64,000 nucleotides of DNA from a virus. This document shows, piece after piece, positions 18,662 to 28,428 of this stretch. The translations under genes were made by a program, and so were the position numbers. The stretch lies in the IMG/VR virus record IMGVR_UViG_3300047564_004575, positions 1 to 64,000 of that record, one strand, 5' to 3'. The notes under the pieces were generated by a model. It ran no database searches. It was not told the DNA's origin and saw only the letters and a program-made list of their open reading frames with translations. The number at the start of each line of letters is the position of its first letter. The first letter of the stretch is position 1.

Positions 18662-20230
18662 GTGATTGCAAGCTACCAAAGGAGCATTATGCTTAAACTC
18701 AGAGATTACCAATTAGACGTAAAGCGTCAAGTTTACCAACACATACGCGAGGGTCAAAATAAAATACTATTATGCGCTGGTACAGGTAGTGGCAAAACGG
18801 AGTGCGCCACTAGCATTGTTGAGGACATCCTTAGCCGCGATCGTTGTGTTGCGTTTCTAGTTCACCGTGACAATTTAGTCCGTCAAACGGTGGCAAGGTT
18901 TGAGAAGTATGGCATTAAAGCCAGTGCCGTTGCTGGTGGTATGGATTGTGACGAGTCTAACCCCTGCCAAGTTGTCAGTATGCAAACTTTAGAGCGTCGT
19001 AAATCAGCGATGGCATTAGTTGACGATGTTGCTATTTATGATGAGGCGCACCTAACTGCATGGCGTAAAAGTGGACAGTCAATGATTCGAGGAAATCATC
19101 ATAAAATCACCATTGGGCTAACTGCTACGCCGTGGCGACTGAGTAAGCGAGAAGAAATGGGGGATTTATTTAACTCCCTAGTTTTAGCTCCTATGCCATC
19201 GCAATTAATGGAAGCCGGTTATTTAGTCCGTCCTCGCTGTTTTGGGCTTAGCGGAGCCGATTTAAACGGGGTCAAGACCGTTGCGGGCGATTTTGCCTTA
19301 GATGATTTGTCAGTCCTTTGTAATGACGATGGCGTAGTCAATAAAGCCGTCAGTGAATGGCAACGATTAGCTAAGGGATTAACCACGATTGTTTTCTGTG
19401 TTGATGTTGCTCACGCTAAACACATGGCAGAAGCGTTTCAAAATGCAGGTGTAGCGGCTAATTATGTTTCGGGTGATATGTGCCCCGTCAAAATTCGTGA
19501 GCCGTTATACGCTGATTTAAAGAGCGGTAAACTAACGGTGTTATGTAGTTGCAACGCATTGTCCGAAGGCTTCGATGTACCTAATATCGAGTGTGTAATC
19601 TTAGCCCGTCCGACTAAATCTAAGGCTATTTTTGTTCAACAGTTAGGGCGCGGTTTACGAATCTCTGAAGGTAAAACAGAGTGCTTAGTTTTAGACCAAG
19701 CCGGTAACATTGAACGTCATGGTTTTATCGAAGATTTAACTCCATCTGACTTTGCTTTAATCCAAGCCAAGCATGGCGAGAAAGGTGATCCACCAGTTAA
19801 AGAATGCCCTGAGTGTGGACACCTTCACCGTACTTTTGATATGACTTGCCCCGAATGTGGCTATGAATATCCTTTGAAGGAAAAAGTCAAGCAAGAAAGT
19901 AACTTAGTTGAGTTACGCAAGATTGAATGTGATTTACCTTTGTCCGGTCAACTATATCGGGAATGGAAAAAAGAAGCATTCAAAAAGAATATTGCTCCAG
20001 GTTATGCTATGGCTAAATTCAAAGAATTACATCCCGACCAATGGCCCAATCATCAATGGAATTTTGGGGCAATTTTTGACGGCGATCGCAGTGAAAAAGT
20101 AATGGTCAAGTATTTAGAATACCTGGAGAATATCGCTATCAAAAAAGATAAAGATGATAACTGGATAGCTAAAGAGTTTAAGTCTGAATTTGGCTGTTAT
20201 CCCTCGCAACAATTATTAGAGGTAATGTAA
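18662..20230 (+). CDS. superfamily 2 helicase with Zn ribbon
   Basis: LRDYQ, GTGSGKT, DEAH, GLTATP, EGFDVP, QQLGRGLR, CPECG x2. Confidence 0.93.
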   Translation: MIASYQRSIMLKLRDYQLDVKRQVYQHIREGQNKILLCAGTGSGKTECATSIVEDILSRDRCVAFLVHRDNLVRQTVARFEKYGIKASAVAGGMDCDESNPCQVVSMQTLERRKSAMALVDDVAIYDEAHLTAWRKSGQSMIRGNHHKITIGLTATPWRLSKREEMGDLFNSLVLAPMPSQLMEAGYLVRPRCFGLSGADLNGVKTVAGDFALDDLSVLCNDDGVVNKAVSEWQRLAKGLTTIVFCVDVAHAKHMAEAFQNAGVAANYVSGDMCPVKIREPLYADLKSGKLTVLCSCNALSEGFDVPNIECVILARPTKSKAIFVQQLGRGLRISEGKTECLVLDQAGNIERHGFIEDLTPSDFALIQAKHGEKGDPPVKECPECGHLHRTFDMTCPECGYEYPLKEKVKQESNLVELRKIECDLPLSGQLYREWKKEAFKKNIAPGYAMAKFKELHPDQWPNHQWNFGAIFDGDRSEKVMVKYLEYLENIAIKKDKDDNWIAKEFKSEFGCYPSQQLLEVM

Positions 20231-21189
20231 TGAAATTTGCTAGTCTTTTTACAGGCATGGGCGCGGCTGATATGGGTGCAATGCAAGCCGGATTAACACC
20301 TATTTGGGGCGTTGAGATTGACCGACAAATTGCTATGGTCGCCATTGATTTTATCCCAGAAATCTCTAATCTTGATGTTGTAGATGTAAATTATGCGAAA
20401 TTAGAACGACCAGATTGGCTTCATGCTTCCCCGCCATGTATCAACGCATCACGGGCTAAGAATGGCAAGGAAACCCAAGAAGATATTGAACTAGCTAATG
20501 CTATCTGTCGGGCGATTGAAACGCTTAAGCCTGATTATTTTAGCTTGGAAAATGTGATTGGTTATGCCAGTTTTAAGTCGCTTGCCAACATTAAACGTTA
20601 CTTAAAAAACAATGGTTATTATGTTGAGTATGCTTTACTTGACTGCTCTGATTGTGGCGTACCACAATCACGTAAACGATTATTTTTAGTCGCATCAAAG
20701 CATTGGAGGAAAATACAGGGCTTATATGATCTTGAATGCAAAGAACAAAAACCTGTCGGTTGGTATGATGCGATCGCCGATTTGATTCCTACGCTAAAAA
20801 AAACAACATTGACCGACTGGCAAGTAAAAGCAATTCACTCTAAATTTAAGGGGAATGATACGCCTATTGGATACTGGTTGCCAGATATTGTCGTTCAAAG
20901 GTCAGGGGCGAGAAAAAAAGACGGGATACCGAATAACACAATTCGCCTATCTAATGAACCCATGTTCACGGTCAAGGCGATGTCAGGAAAGGTAAGGGTT
21001 AGTCCTAAACAAGCCACAATTGTTATTGACGGTCAATCCTACGAAGCTGATACCCGATGTCTAGCCCGTTGGCAGTCTATTCCTGACTGGTATCAATTCA
21101 GTGGCGATCTGAAACTAGACACCAAGATGATCGGCAATGCAGTACCCCCGCTAATGATGCAAAAAATCATTGAGGCAGTACTGCAATGA
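20230..21189 (+). CDS. C5 cytosine DNA methyltransferase
   Basis: SLFTGMG, SPPC, ENV, PQSRKR, GNAVPP. Confidence 0.93.
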   Translation: MKFASLFTGMGAADMGAMQAGLTPIWGVEIDRQIAMVAIDFIPEISNLDVVDVNYAKLERPDWLHASPPCINASRAKNGKETQEDIELANAICRAIETLKPDYFSLENVIGYASFKSLANIKRYLKNNGYYVEYALLDCSDCGVPQSRKRLFLVASKHWRKIQGLYDLECKEQKPVGWYDAIADLIPTLKKTTLTDWQVKAIHSKFKGNDTPIGYWLPDIVVQRSGARKKDGIPNNTIRLSNEPMFTVKAMSGKVRVSPKQATIVIDGQSYEADTRCLARWQSIPDWYQFSGDLKLDTKMIGNAVPPLMMQKIIEAVLQ

Positions 21190-21278
21190 AAAAAGACCCC
21201 GTAGGGTCTAAAAATAGTTAAGCAAACAAAACAGATCACCCACTATCTTTGCAATGGTGGGTTTTTTATTTTAACCTA

Positions 21279-21938
21279 CTATGCCAGCCATCCTGATTGC
21301 ATCTGAATCAAGTCCATTTCTCTCCCGTAGTAGATAGAGCATTTACAAGCCTGGGCGCATTTACAAGACTGTCCAGGCACTGGTAAAACTCCTATCGGTC
21401 TAACGCCCATCCTGGCATATCTGAGACAATCTTCGCAGTGTTTAGCCTGCGCATCTAGTTTCCGTAACGCATGGGTGTTGTAATCGGTGTTGACAGCGTA
21501 GGAACGTCTACCCATTTCATAGCTCACCCGACTAGATTGTACAAACCTAGAAAGGCGATAATCCAGCATTTTGCGAGATAGTTTACCGTCTCTTAAGTCT
21601 TGCACTAAATTACGCAAGGCGGGATATTGATTTTGTCTTAGCTCATTAGCAATATCTAGATAATGAATAGCATAGGTTTTATCTTTCCCCCCTCTCCCAA
21701 AACGCATTAATGCAACATGACTATCCTTTACGTTTTTAGCTGTTTTTTCTTCCCAATCCCTAGCGGTGATTGTGCCATTAACTAACTGATTAGTGTCCTC
21801 AACTACCCGTTTTAAATAGGCAGCTTGATAGGCTTTGATGTAATTATTAACTTTAGATTCAGGCACTAATCTACCAGACGGATAGAGGTAACGTCTTTGC
21901 TTTTCGCTATAGATTAAATCTGGTAGATTGTACGCCAT
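21279..21938 (-). CDS. putative minor head (Mu gpF-like) protein
   Basis: C-terminal HCEDC...PVPGQSCKC..ACKC cysteine pattern. Confidence 0.6.
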   Translation of the reverse strand: MAYNLPDLIYSEKQRRYLYPSGRLVPESKVNNYIKAYQAAYLKRVVEDTNQLVNGTITARDWEEKTAKNVKDSHVALMRFGRGGKDKTYAIHYLDIANELRQNQYPALRNLVQDLRDGKLSRKMLDYRLSRFVQSSRVSYEMGRRSYAVNTDYNTHALRKLDAQAKHCEDCLRYARMGVRPIGVLPVPGQSCKCAQACKCSIYYGREMDLIQMQSGWLA

Positions 21939-22192
21939 TACTTTTTAAAGCTTTTTAGGTTGACTTTTAATTCTTTACCCATAAAATATCTTAGAATATT
22001 GCTTTTTATCATTAGCATTTTAGTCAATGCCATGATGTGAAGCCTTAACTCGTCGGCTGACGATTGACTTAACTTATCGGCAATAATCCGCAATTCTAGG
22101 GATTGCTCTAAGGTTAATTCCTGCACTTCTTTAGGTATCATGGGCTTATCCAAATTTTGACCTTGTAATTGATAGTAACCAGCGACATCCAT
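21938..22192 (-). CDS. nblA: phycobilisome degradation protein NblA
   Basis: ELTLEQSLEL...LSQSS.DEL...L.KMLMIKSNILR matches the NblA two-helix consensus. Confidence 0.75.
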   Translation of the reverse strand: MDVAGYYQLQGQNLDKPMIPKEVQELTLEQSLELRIIADKLSQSSADELRLHIMALTKMLMIKSNILRYFMGKELKVNLKSFKK

Positions 22193-22392
22193 TATTTATC
22201 ACCCTCGATTACAATTTCAAACCTGCCATCAAAAAACTCTTTTGCTGGACGTACCCAAACCATCTCACTATCTAAGCATCGATGAATAACCATCGTTTGT
22301 GTAGTGCTTTCCAGTAATGCCATTCCCAAAAATTCATAGCGATTACCTGTGTTTAAATGTTCGTAAATCTGCCCTTTTAATTTGTGCATCAA
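22192..22392 (-). CDS. DUF1653-like protein
   Basis: YEH..TGNRY......A..E.T...MVI......VWVRPAKEF.DGRF. Confidence 0.75.
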   Translation of the reverse strand: MMHKLKGQIYEHLNTGNRYEFLGMALLESTTQTMVIHRCLDSEMVWVRPAKEFFDGRFEIVIEGDK

Positions 22393-22841
22393 TCTTGCTC
22401 CATTAAACTAGCGGCTTTTTCGGTAAACGTCCAGTAGGCGGGTGCATATTCTATCTTGCACAAATAGCCAAAATTATTTAGTAAGGACAATGTATTTTTG
22501 TCTTGCGTTGATGCTGGGTAAATGTAAACAATCGCACCACAACTACTGACAGATAAGTGATTTCTTACCATTAAAAGCAAGGCTTTAATAGTGGCGTTTT
22601 GTTCATCAATTAAAGCCCGGCTATAACAAACAGCATCAAGCAATTCTTGATGCAAGTCCACTGCACTTTTACGACCATTGCCAGATTGTAAGATAGTGCC
22701 ATATTTGTTGTATCCAAAATCCTTGCGGTCTTGGATGTCTTGGATCACTAGGTCATGGATTGACGGGTTATTATTAACCTTTGGCATAGACTCAGGCACT
22801 GAATAATTAGCCCGTCCGTTACTTGATAGTCTGGTCATCAA
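22389..22841 (-). CDS. phage protein (possible nucleotide pyrophosphohydrolase)
   Basis: RKDFGYNKYGT...DLHQELLDAVCY helical motif; adjacent to dcd. Confidence 0.5.
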   Translation of the reverse strand: MMTRLSSNGRANYSVPESMPKVNNNPSIHDLVIQDIQDRKDFGYNKYGTILQSGNGRKSAVDLHQELLDAVCYSRALIDEQNATIKALLLMVRNHLSVSSCGAIVYIYPASTQDKNTLSLLNNFGYLCKIEYAPAYWTFTEKAASLMEQD

Positions 22842-23392
22842 CCTTTACTCTCCTGTACGGTTTTATCGTTATTGTAACGACCTGTTACTGCGTAACTTTT
22901 AGACGGCAATCCCAACAATAAACGGAATTCTAATTGACCAAATCTCATACCAGGATATAACGGCAATGGCTCTAAATCATCATTGGTAATTTCCATTGTT
23001 AACCTTGACCGATTCCAACCCGCGTCAATATAACTGGCTAATTGATGCCCATACCATTCTCGCCCCCGTGAACTTTTCATATAAAAAGTAACAGCGGTAA
23101 ACTCTGGAATTTTGAACGTTTCCAAAGACTCAACTAATAGGCGATCGCCAGGAAACATTTTATAGTCATCGGTCAATTTAATGTCTACATAACCGTGAGT
23201 AGTCCTTAGTTTAGCCTTATGACCAATCCGAATATCAAGGCTATGGGGATTGATGCATTCAGGCGTAATCGGTGACACCATTGGTTCGATAAACTTGTCA
23301 ATCTTTTTGCCAGTAAGCCGATAGAATAACCGAATATACCAAGGCACAACGCCACAGCATAAAGCCTTTATCTGATGATCAACTAAAACCAT
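22838..23392 (-). CDS. dcd: dCTP deaminase
   Basis: INPHSLDIR, KSSRGR, YIDAGW..RLTMEI.N, PGMRFGQL, GRY. Confidence 0.88.
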   Translation of the reverse strand: MVLVDHQIKALCCGVVPWYIRLFYRLTGKKIDKFIEPMVSPITPECINPHSLDIRIGHKAKLRTTHGYVDIKLTDDYKMFPGDRLLVESLETFKIPEFTAVTFYMKSSRGREWYGHQLASYIDAGWNRSRLTMEITNDDLEPLPLYPGMRFGQLEFRLLLGLPSKSYAVTGRYNNDKTVQESKG

Positions 23393-23419
23393 AAAGCCCC
23401 TAAATTTAATAGGGCTATC

Positions 23420-25000
23420 TTAATTACTCCACCAAGCTAATCCCCTCGGCTTAACAAAGGCGTAAACCAACGCATCCGCTGTGTCTGGACTACGATTAAG
23501 TTCGTTCTTTGATTGCAGTAAAATCTTGCCTGCACTGTTATATTTGATGGTCAATTTAGATAACTCAATTATCAAACTAGGGTCATTGGGTAGGCTGATT
23601 AATTCGTCTTCAGGGTATTCATTAATACCCTCAGTCATCTCATAAGTTTTGCGGATTCGTTCCCTTAAAATCCCCCAAGCTTCCGCCCGTCTGTTAGCAA
23701 ACTTTTGTTTACTGGTTTTATTCTCCCCTTGCCAAACAGTGAAATCATCCGGTGAACTTGCCCCATTAAACGGCGTAACAATATAGGGCTTATCTGCAAT
23801 ACTTTTCAGAGTCCCCCCAACACCTGCCCCCACACCATCAGCATCAAAGCAGAGATATTCTACACCTAATTTTCGCAATAAATCATCTACAACAAAGCTA
23901 ACCTGAGTAGTATCAAGGTTATCCCATTTATAGATTTTGGGGGAGACTAAGCCTTGCTGACGGATGGTTAAGACTGATTGATTAGCACCCCCAGCGGCAA
24001 CGTCTAAACCTGCACAGATAGGCTGTTCACTATCAATTAAGTCAGGAAATCTGAGATGGGCATTAATGCAAGATTGAACCCATCGTGACGGGATATAAAT
24101 GCCCTCAACAGATGCCGAATAATCTAGGTCTAATTCCTGAGCAATAATAACAGGATCGCCAATCTCTTTGCTTTTCTGTTCATACCAAGGATAGATAGCA
24201 TTTTTCGGAGCATCCCAACCTTGCCCCGTTTCACCATCAGGCGTTGTCCAGTGATTTTTCCTAGGGTCATCTTTCCAGTGAATGCGAAACTTAGGTATTT
24301 TCCCTTCGCTAACATAGCGGTAAAAAGCATTATCTAATCCGTTAGGCGTTGATACTTGAATTAAGCAATTAGTGTTAGCAGATAGTGCAGACATTACTTT
24401 TTGAGAACGCTCAATAAATGCACTTTCATCCAAGAAATATAGCCCAGATCTCCCGCCACGGCCCAGACTGTCGCCCGCTTCCCCCGTTATAGTAGCCCCG
24501 TTCTGAGGGTTTGCAACTAAGCCAGTTTTTGAGATACTTTCCCACCCTTGGGGTATCAACCATTCAGGCAAGTTTTTAATAAACAATCTGATTTTTTCAA
24601 AGATACAATCAGGGTCACCAACTCTATCAACCAAGTGAGCTTTTCGGCTTCCTACTGCCCCTTTAAAGTTAGGAGTAAAAAGCCAATGCTTGACCATAAC
24701 AGCCGATAAAATCCAAGTTGCCCCAACGTCCCTAGACTTTTCTAGTATTGCCCAATTGCCATCATAGTAATTAGTTTCGAAAAACCTTACTAGATCTTCT
24801 TGGATTGGGAACAAAAGGAATGGCTTTAATGGGTTTCTAGCATCGCGTGGATCGACAGTGTAACCGTAGTTATTGATAAACCAAACGGTATTGTTTTTCA
24901 TTTCTTTTAACTGTTCTTTTCTGGCAGCTAAGACATTTTGCCCATGCCACCTAATTCGTTTCCTATCTTCCATTCTTTCTTCTGTAGACTTTATAACCAT
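23420..25000 (-). CDS. terL: terminase large subunit
   Basis: LFPIQ, EKSRDVGATW, FLDE, STPNG, GLDVA..G, DADGVG, SPDTADA. Confidence 0.92.
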   Translation of the reverse strand: MVIKSTEERMEDRKRIRWHGQNVLAARKEQLKEMKNNTVWFINNYGYTVDPRDARNPLKPFLLFPIQEDLVRFFETNYYDGNWAILEKSRDVGATWILSAVMVKHWLFTPNFKGAVGSRKAHLVDRVGDPDCIFEKIRLFIKNLPEWLIPQGWESISKTGLVANPQNGATITGEAGDSLGRGGRSGLYFLDESAFIERSQKVMSALSANTNCLIQVSTPNGLDNAFYRYVSEGKIPKFRIHWKDDPRKNHWTTPDGETGQGWDAPKNAIYPWYEQKSKEIGDPVIIAQELDLDYSASVEGIYIPSRWVQSCINAHLRFPDLIDSEQPICAGLDVAAGGANQSVLTIRQQGLVSPKIYKWDNLDTTQVSFVVDDLLRKLGVEYLCFDADGVGAGVGGTLKSIADKPYIVTPFNGASSPDDFTVWQGENKTSKQKFANRRAEAWGILRERIRKTYEMTEGINEYPEDELISLPNDPSLIIELSKLTIKYNSAGKILLQSKNELNRSPDTADALVYAFVKPRGLAWWSN

Positions 25001-25344
25001 TGATCTTTTTGCTCCTGAGTCAAGTCTTCATAGCTCATAGCTCCACCTAATGCAATGATTTTTTCCGCTTCATTTTGTTGCACTATTGTTAACTTTTCGT
25101 GGAAGTTGGAAGCCCAGATTGACAAGTTTCTAATTGTATCGGCTACTTGCTTAGCCTCTGCCACAGTCAACTCAGATGCGGCGTGTTTATCTACCTGTTT
25201 ATAAAGCTTTCCTACAATCGACGATTGAATCCTGTAATGTTTGCGAGTGATTTCAGCGAGGTTAAAATCAAGCTCAGTTTGACCCGTTGGCACTAGTTCC
25301 AACTGGATATTTTTATTATCATCATTAGTAGGGCGCTTTGGCAT
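24991..25344 (-). CDS. putative terminase small subunit
   Basis: Overlaps the terL start; position-based call only. Confidence 0.4.
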   Translation of the reverse strand: MPKRPTNDDNKNIQLELVPTGQTELDFNLAEITRKHYRIQSSIVGKLYKQVDKHAASELTVAEAKQVADTIRNLSIWASNFHEKLTIVQQNEAEKIIALGGAMSYEDLTQEQKDQWL

Positions 25345-25378
25345 TTTAAAATAATACTATTAAGATTATATTAATATT

Positions 25379-26881
25379 ATGTCTGATACATTCCATGTTA
25401 GCTGGTTAAATGATGCCAATAACACATTACAAAGGGCGATTAGTTCAGTCGGTAATCTATCTAGCCGGGTGGGGACTTTTCATGACTCTACTAATCAAAT
25501 TGCTGTAAATTATCAACCTAGATTAACACTAGAAGAACTCTATGAGTTATTCAGTAACCCGTTAATCAATACCGCCTGCACTGCTTACCCTGTTGATAGT
25601 TTACGCCATTGTCCCCACTGGAATTTTGAAGACGATAGCGATATGGGTAACGAAGTCAAGGAAGCCATTGGTGAGATTATATTTTACGACATTGCAGGGT
25701 TTCAATATAAAGGTTTAGACGGCATCAAAGAGGCATTGATCGTTGCCAATATTGAGGGCAATTGTCACATCGTTTTAGATATTGATGATGGGAGAGAGTT
25801 AAATGAACCTGTTGATTTGGAGAATGTACAAGGCATTAAAAGCGGGGCTATTTTTGGTAGGGATAGGATTAGCTATAGTCGCGGTTACTTTGGTAAAGAA
25901 CCTCATTACACCGCCATGATGGATAATCAAAAGCCTGGTTATGCTTCCTATATTCCAGAGATTCACCCCGATAGAGTAATGCGTTTTTGGGGCGTTAAAA
26001 TGACCGGTGAAATGTTATATCGAAACGATTTTAAAAACCGTTCAATCATTGAAATGGTTATGGACAGTTTTAGTGATATGACTTTGACCAGCAAAGCCGC
26101 TTCAAACTATCTACAATCAGCATCAGGCTTTTGGTACAAGATGGATGGGCTAGCTGATATGGTTCTCCAGGGTAAAGGAGGTGACATTCAGAAACGACTA
26201 GAACTATTCAGGATGGGCTTATCTTCTATCGGCATGATGGTCATGGACTCAAACCGTGAGGACGCAGGCTTTATTAATCGGTCATTTAGTGGCGTTGATG
26301 CCCTGGTTAACCTAGTAGTCGATAATTTTGTTAGCTGTACCCGCATCGCCCGGTCACGCTTGCTAGGCTCAACAAAACAAGGGTCTATGAGTGAGTCGGG
26401 TAAAAGCGATCATGAACAGTGGGCAGAAATGGTCAGCAACTATCAAGCTGATGTCATCGCTCCCTATATTTGTCGGTTGACTGATTTGGTGATGGCTAGC
26501 GGTGGCGATCGCCCTGAATACGAGATTACATTTCCCTCTATCCTTGTCCGTTCTGAGCTTGACAAAGCACAAACCTATAAAACCTATGCCGAAGCGGACG
26601 AAAAGTACAACGCCATCGGCTTACCCGGTAACGTTATCCTAGAGTCACGATTCAAAGGCAATGATTTTAATACCACAATTACCCTAGATGAGGATGAACT
26701 AATGAGTATAGAACAGAGTGAGAATGATAATCAAAATCAAGAACAAAACGAGTCCCCCGCTATGTTGGAAGACTCAGATAAATTAGTTGGTATCGGTAGC
26801 AGTATCGATTTGCCTCTCAGTGATACCGAGTATGAATCGATTTTGAAGCTGTTAGAAATGGGAGAGGATTTGGAAGAGTGA
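25379..26881 (+). CDS. portal protein (DUF1073-like)
   Basis: IDDGREL..PVD, IHPDRV, SFSGVD, RLLG...G.SESGKSD..W. Confidence 0.8.
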   Translation: MSDTFHVSWLNDANNTLQRAISSVGNLSSRVGTFHDSTNQIAVNYQPRLTLEELYELFSNPLINTACTAYPVDSLRHCPHWNFEDDSDMGNEVKEAIGEIIFYDIAGFQYKGLDGIKEALIVANIEGNCHIVLDIDDGRELNEPVDLENVQGIKSGAIFGRDRISYSRGYFGKEPHYTAMMDNQKPGYASYIPEIHPDRVMRFWGVKMTGEMLYRNDFKNRSIIEMVMDSFSDMTLTSKAASNYLQSASGFWYKMDGLADMVLQGKGGDIQKRLELFRMGLSSIGMMVMDSNREDAGFINRSFSGVDALVNLVVDNFVSCTRIARSRLLGSTKQGSMSESGKSDHEQWAEMVSNYQADVIAPYICRLTDLVMASGGDRPEYEITFPSILVRSELDKAQTYKTYAEADEKYNAIGLPGNVILESRFKGNDFNTTITLDEDELMSIEQSENDNQNQEQNESPAMLEDSDKLVGIGSSIDLPLSDTEYESILKLLEMGEDLEE

Positions 26882-27258
26882 AACGCATTAAACACCATCA
26901 ACAGTTAAGGGAACGGATTGTAAAGGGCATGGACTCTGTCAGTGATGCCTATCAATCCGCCATGCTACAAACTATCTCCGAACCCTATCAATGGCCCGAT
27001 GGGTTTGGCGTTACTCACCGTCGCAATGGGGAAGTAGTCGTCGGCTCTAACCGTAATATCGTGGACTTGGGTAATCTTAAAAACTCCCAAACTATGTTTC
27101 GCCAGGGATTAAAAACTACCTATGAATGGTCTGGCATGGGTGAAACACCGCCAGTTATTGTCCACGAGGGAGCTACACTAGCTAACGGAACTCAAATACC
27201 ACCCCGACGCTGGACTGAGGTGGCAGTTGATAAAGTAGATTGGCAGGGATTGTTTTAG
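26878..27258 (+). CDS. putative neck/tail completion protein (HK97 gp10-like)
   Basis: RNIVDLGNLKNS...VHEG...PPRRW. Confidence 0.65.
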   Translation: MKRIKHHQQLRERIVKGMDSVSDAYQSAMLQTISEPYQWPDGFGVTHRRNGEVVVGSNRNIVDLGNLKNSQTMFRQGLKTTYEWSGMGETPPVIVHEGATLANGTQIPPRRWTEVAVDKVDWQGLF

Positions 27259-27716
27259 CCTTGAATTTTAACGATCGCCGATTTACCAAAGTTTGGTTTG
27301 ATAATTTCTCGTTTTTCTCCAGCAAGTTGTTTCCGAACCGTAGAGACTGCAGCGACTTCCGCCCCTACTATATTCAGTTCTGAAATAAATCGCTTTTGAC
27401 CATCTTGTGACAAATTAGAACAGTCAATAGATGTCTGTAATCGTCGTAATTGCTTACGTTTTTTACGGTTAGCCGCTAGGTTTTGTTTCCGAACGTAAAA
27501 TACAGCTTCCTCATCGGTCAAGATAGAAATACCGCCACTATTGGTCTTACAAACTACTTCTAATCTTGATTCGATTTGACTAACCAATTGCATCACAGCA
27601 AACGAATATTCCTGAGAGTCTACTTTATGCCCTGTAATCTTTTCGAGGTAGTCAGGGTTTATATAATCACCTTTTTGTAAGGCATCAAAATCAAAGGGAA
27701 ACTTTTCAACGTTCAT
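27255..27716 (-). CDS. hypothetical protein; candidate accessory gene of the RAMP/array locus
   Basis: 153 aa, GGAG RBS, co-oriented directly downstream of the array. Confidence 0.75.
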   Translation of the reverse strand: MNVEKFPFDFDALQKGDYINPDYLEKITGHKVDSQEYSFAVMQLVSQIESRLEVVCKTNSGGISILTDEEAVFYVRKQNLAANRKKRKQLRRLQTSIDCSNLSQDGQKRFISELNIVGAEVAAVSTVRKQLAGEKREIIKPNFGKSAIVKIQG

Positions 27717-27845
27717 TACGAAACTCCAAAATAAATAAAAAGGGAGAGGGGCAATTAAGCCCCCATTAGACTAGACTTGGCGCGACCCAACGTGACTCGA
27801 CGCGACAGGACTTGACTCGACGGAACTGAACTTGACATGGGTTTT

Positions 27846-27888
27846 GCCGTCTTCAAGAATTGCACTTGATTAAACCACTAGGGACAGC
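27846..27888 (-). ncRNA. mini tRNA-like element 1
   Basis: GCTGTC-CCTAGTGGTTTAA-TCAAG TGCAATT CTTGA-A-GACGGC. Confidence 0.75.
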
Positions 27889-27995
27889 ATGACTAGGGAG
27901 TTACCCCTAGTAATTAGACTAGACTTGACAAAACTTGACTTGACATGACATGACCGAACTCGACATGACCCAACTTGACCAAACATGATTGTTTT

Positions 27996-28037
27996 GCCCT
28001 CCGATGGAATTGCACCACCGTTAACACTAGAGAAAGC
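27996..28037 (-). ncRNA. mini tRNA-like element 2
   Basis: GCTTTC-TCTAGTGTTAA-CGGTGG TGCAATT CCATCG-GAGGGC. Confidence 0.75.
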
Positions 28038-28213
28038 ATGGGAGGGGCATAAGCCCCAAGACCTAACTAAGCTTGACTAAGCGTGACCAGTCTAAACATG
28101 GCGAACCCCGTCGAGACTCGTGACGCTATCTTAATTAGGAGAAAAACATAGACTAGACCCGACTAAACGTGGCTTGACTTGGCTGGACTGAACAAAAACG
28201 CGACTAGAAAGTT

Positions 28214-28287
28214 TGGAAGCGATACTGGGAATCGAACCCAGGATAGAGATTTTGCAGATCCCTGCCTTACCACTTGGCTATATCGCT
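28214..28287 (-). tRNA. trnC: tRNA-Cys(GCA)
   Basis: AGCGATA/TATCGCT acceptor, GCCAAGTGGTAAGGC D-arm, CT-GCA-AA loop, CTGGG-TTCGATT-CCCAG T-arm, U discriminator, encoded CCA. Confidence 0.95.
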
Positions 28288-28428
28288 TTGGAGACTAGGG
28301 AATTACCCCTAGTAATTAGACTAGACATGACCAGACGCGACTTGACGAGACGCAACCAAACAAAACGCAACCGAACATAACCGAACGCGACAAGACGCGA
28401 CTAAACCTAACACAACTCGATTGTTTTT

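Noticed and set aside
28319-28418. Dinucleotides read as codon prefixes give a protein-like string (e.g. IQALEAQKARIRA)
   Set aside because: Any dinucleotide series can be read this way; not evidence without a database hit
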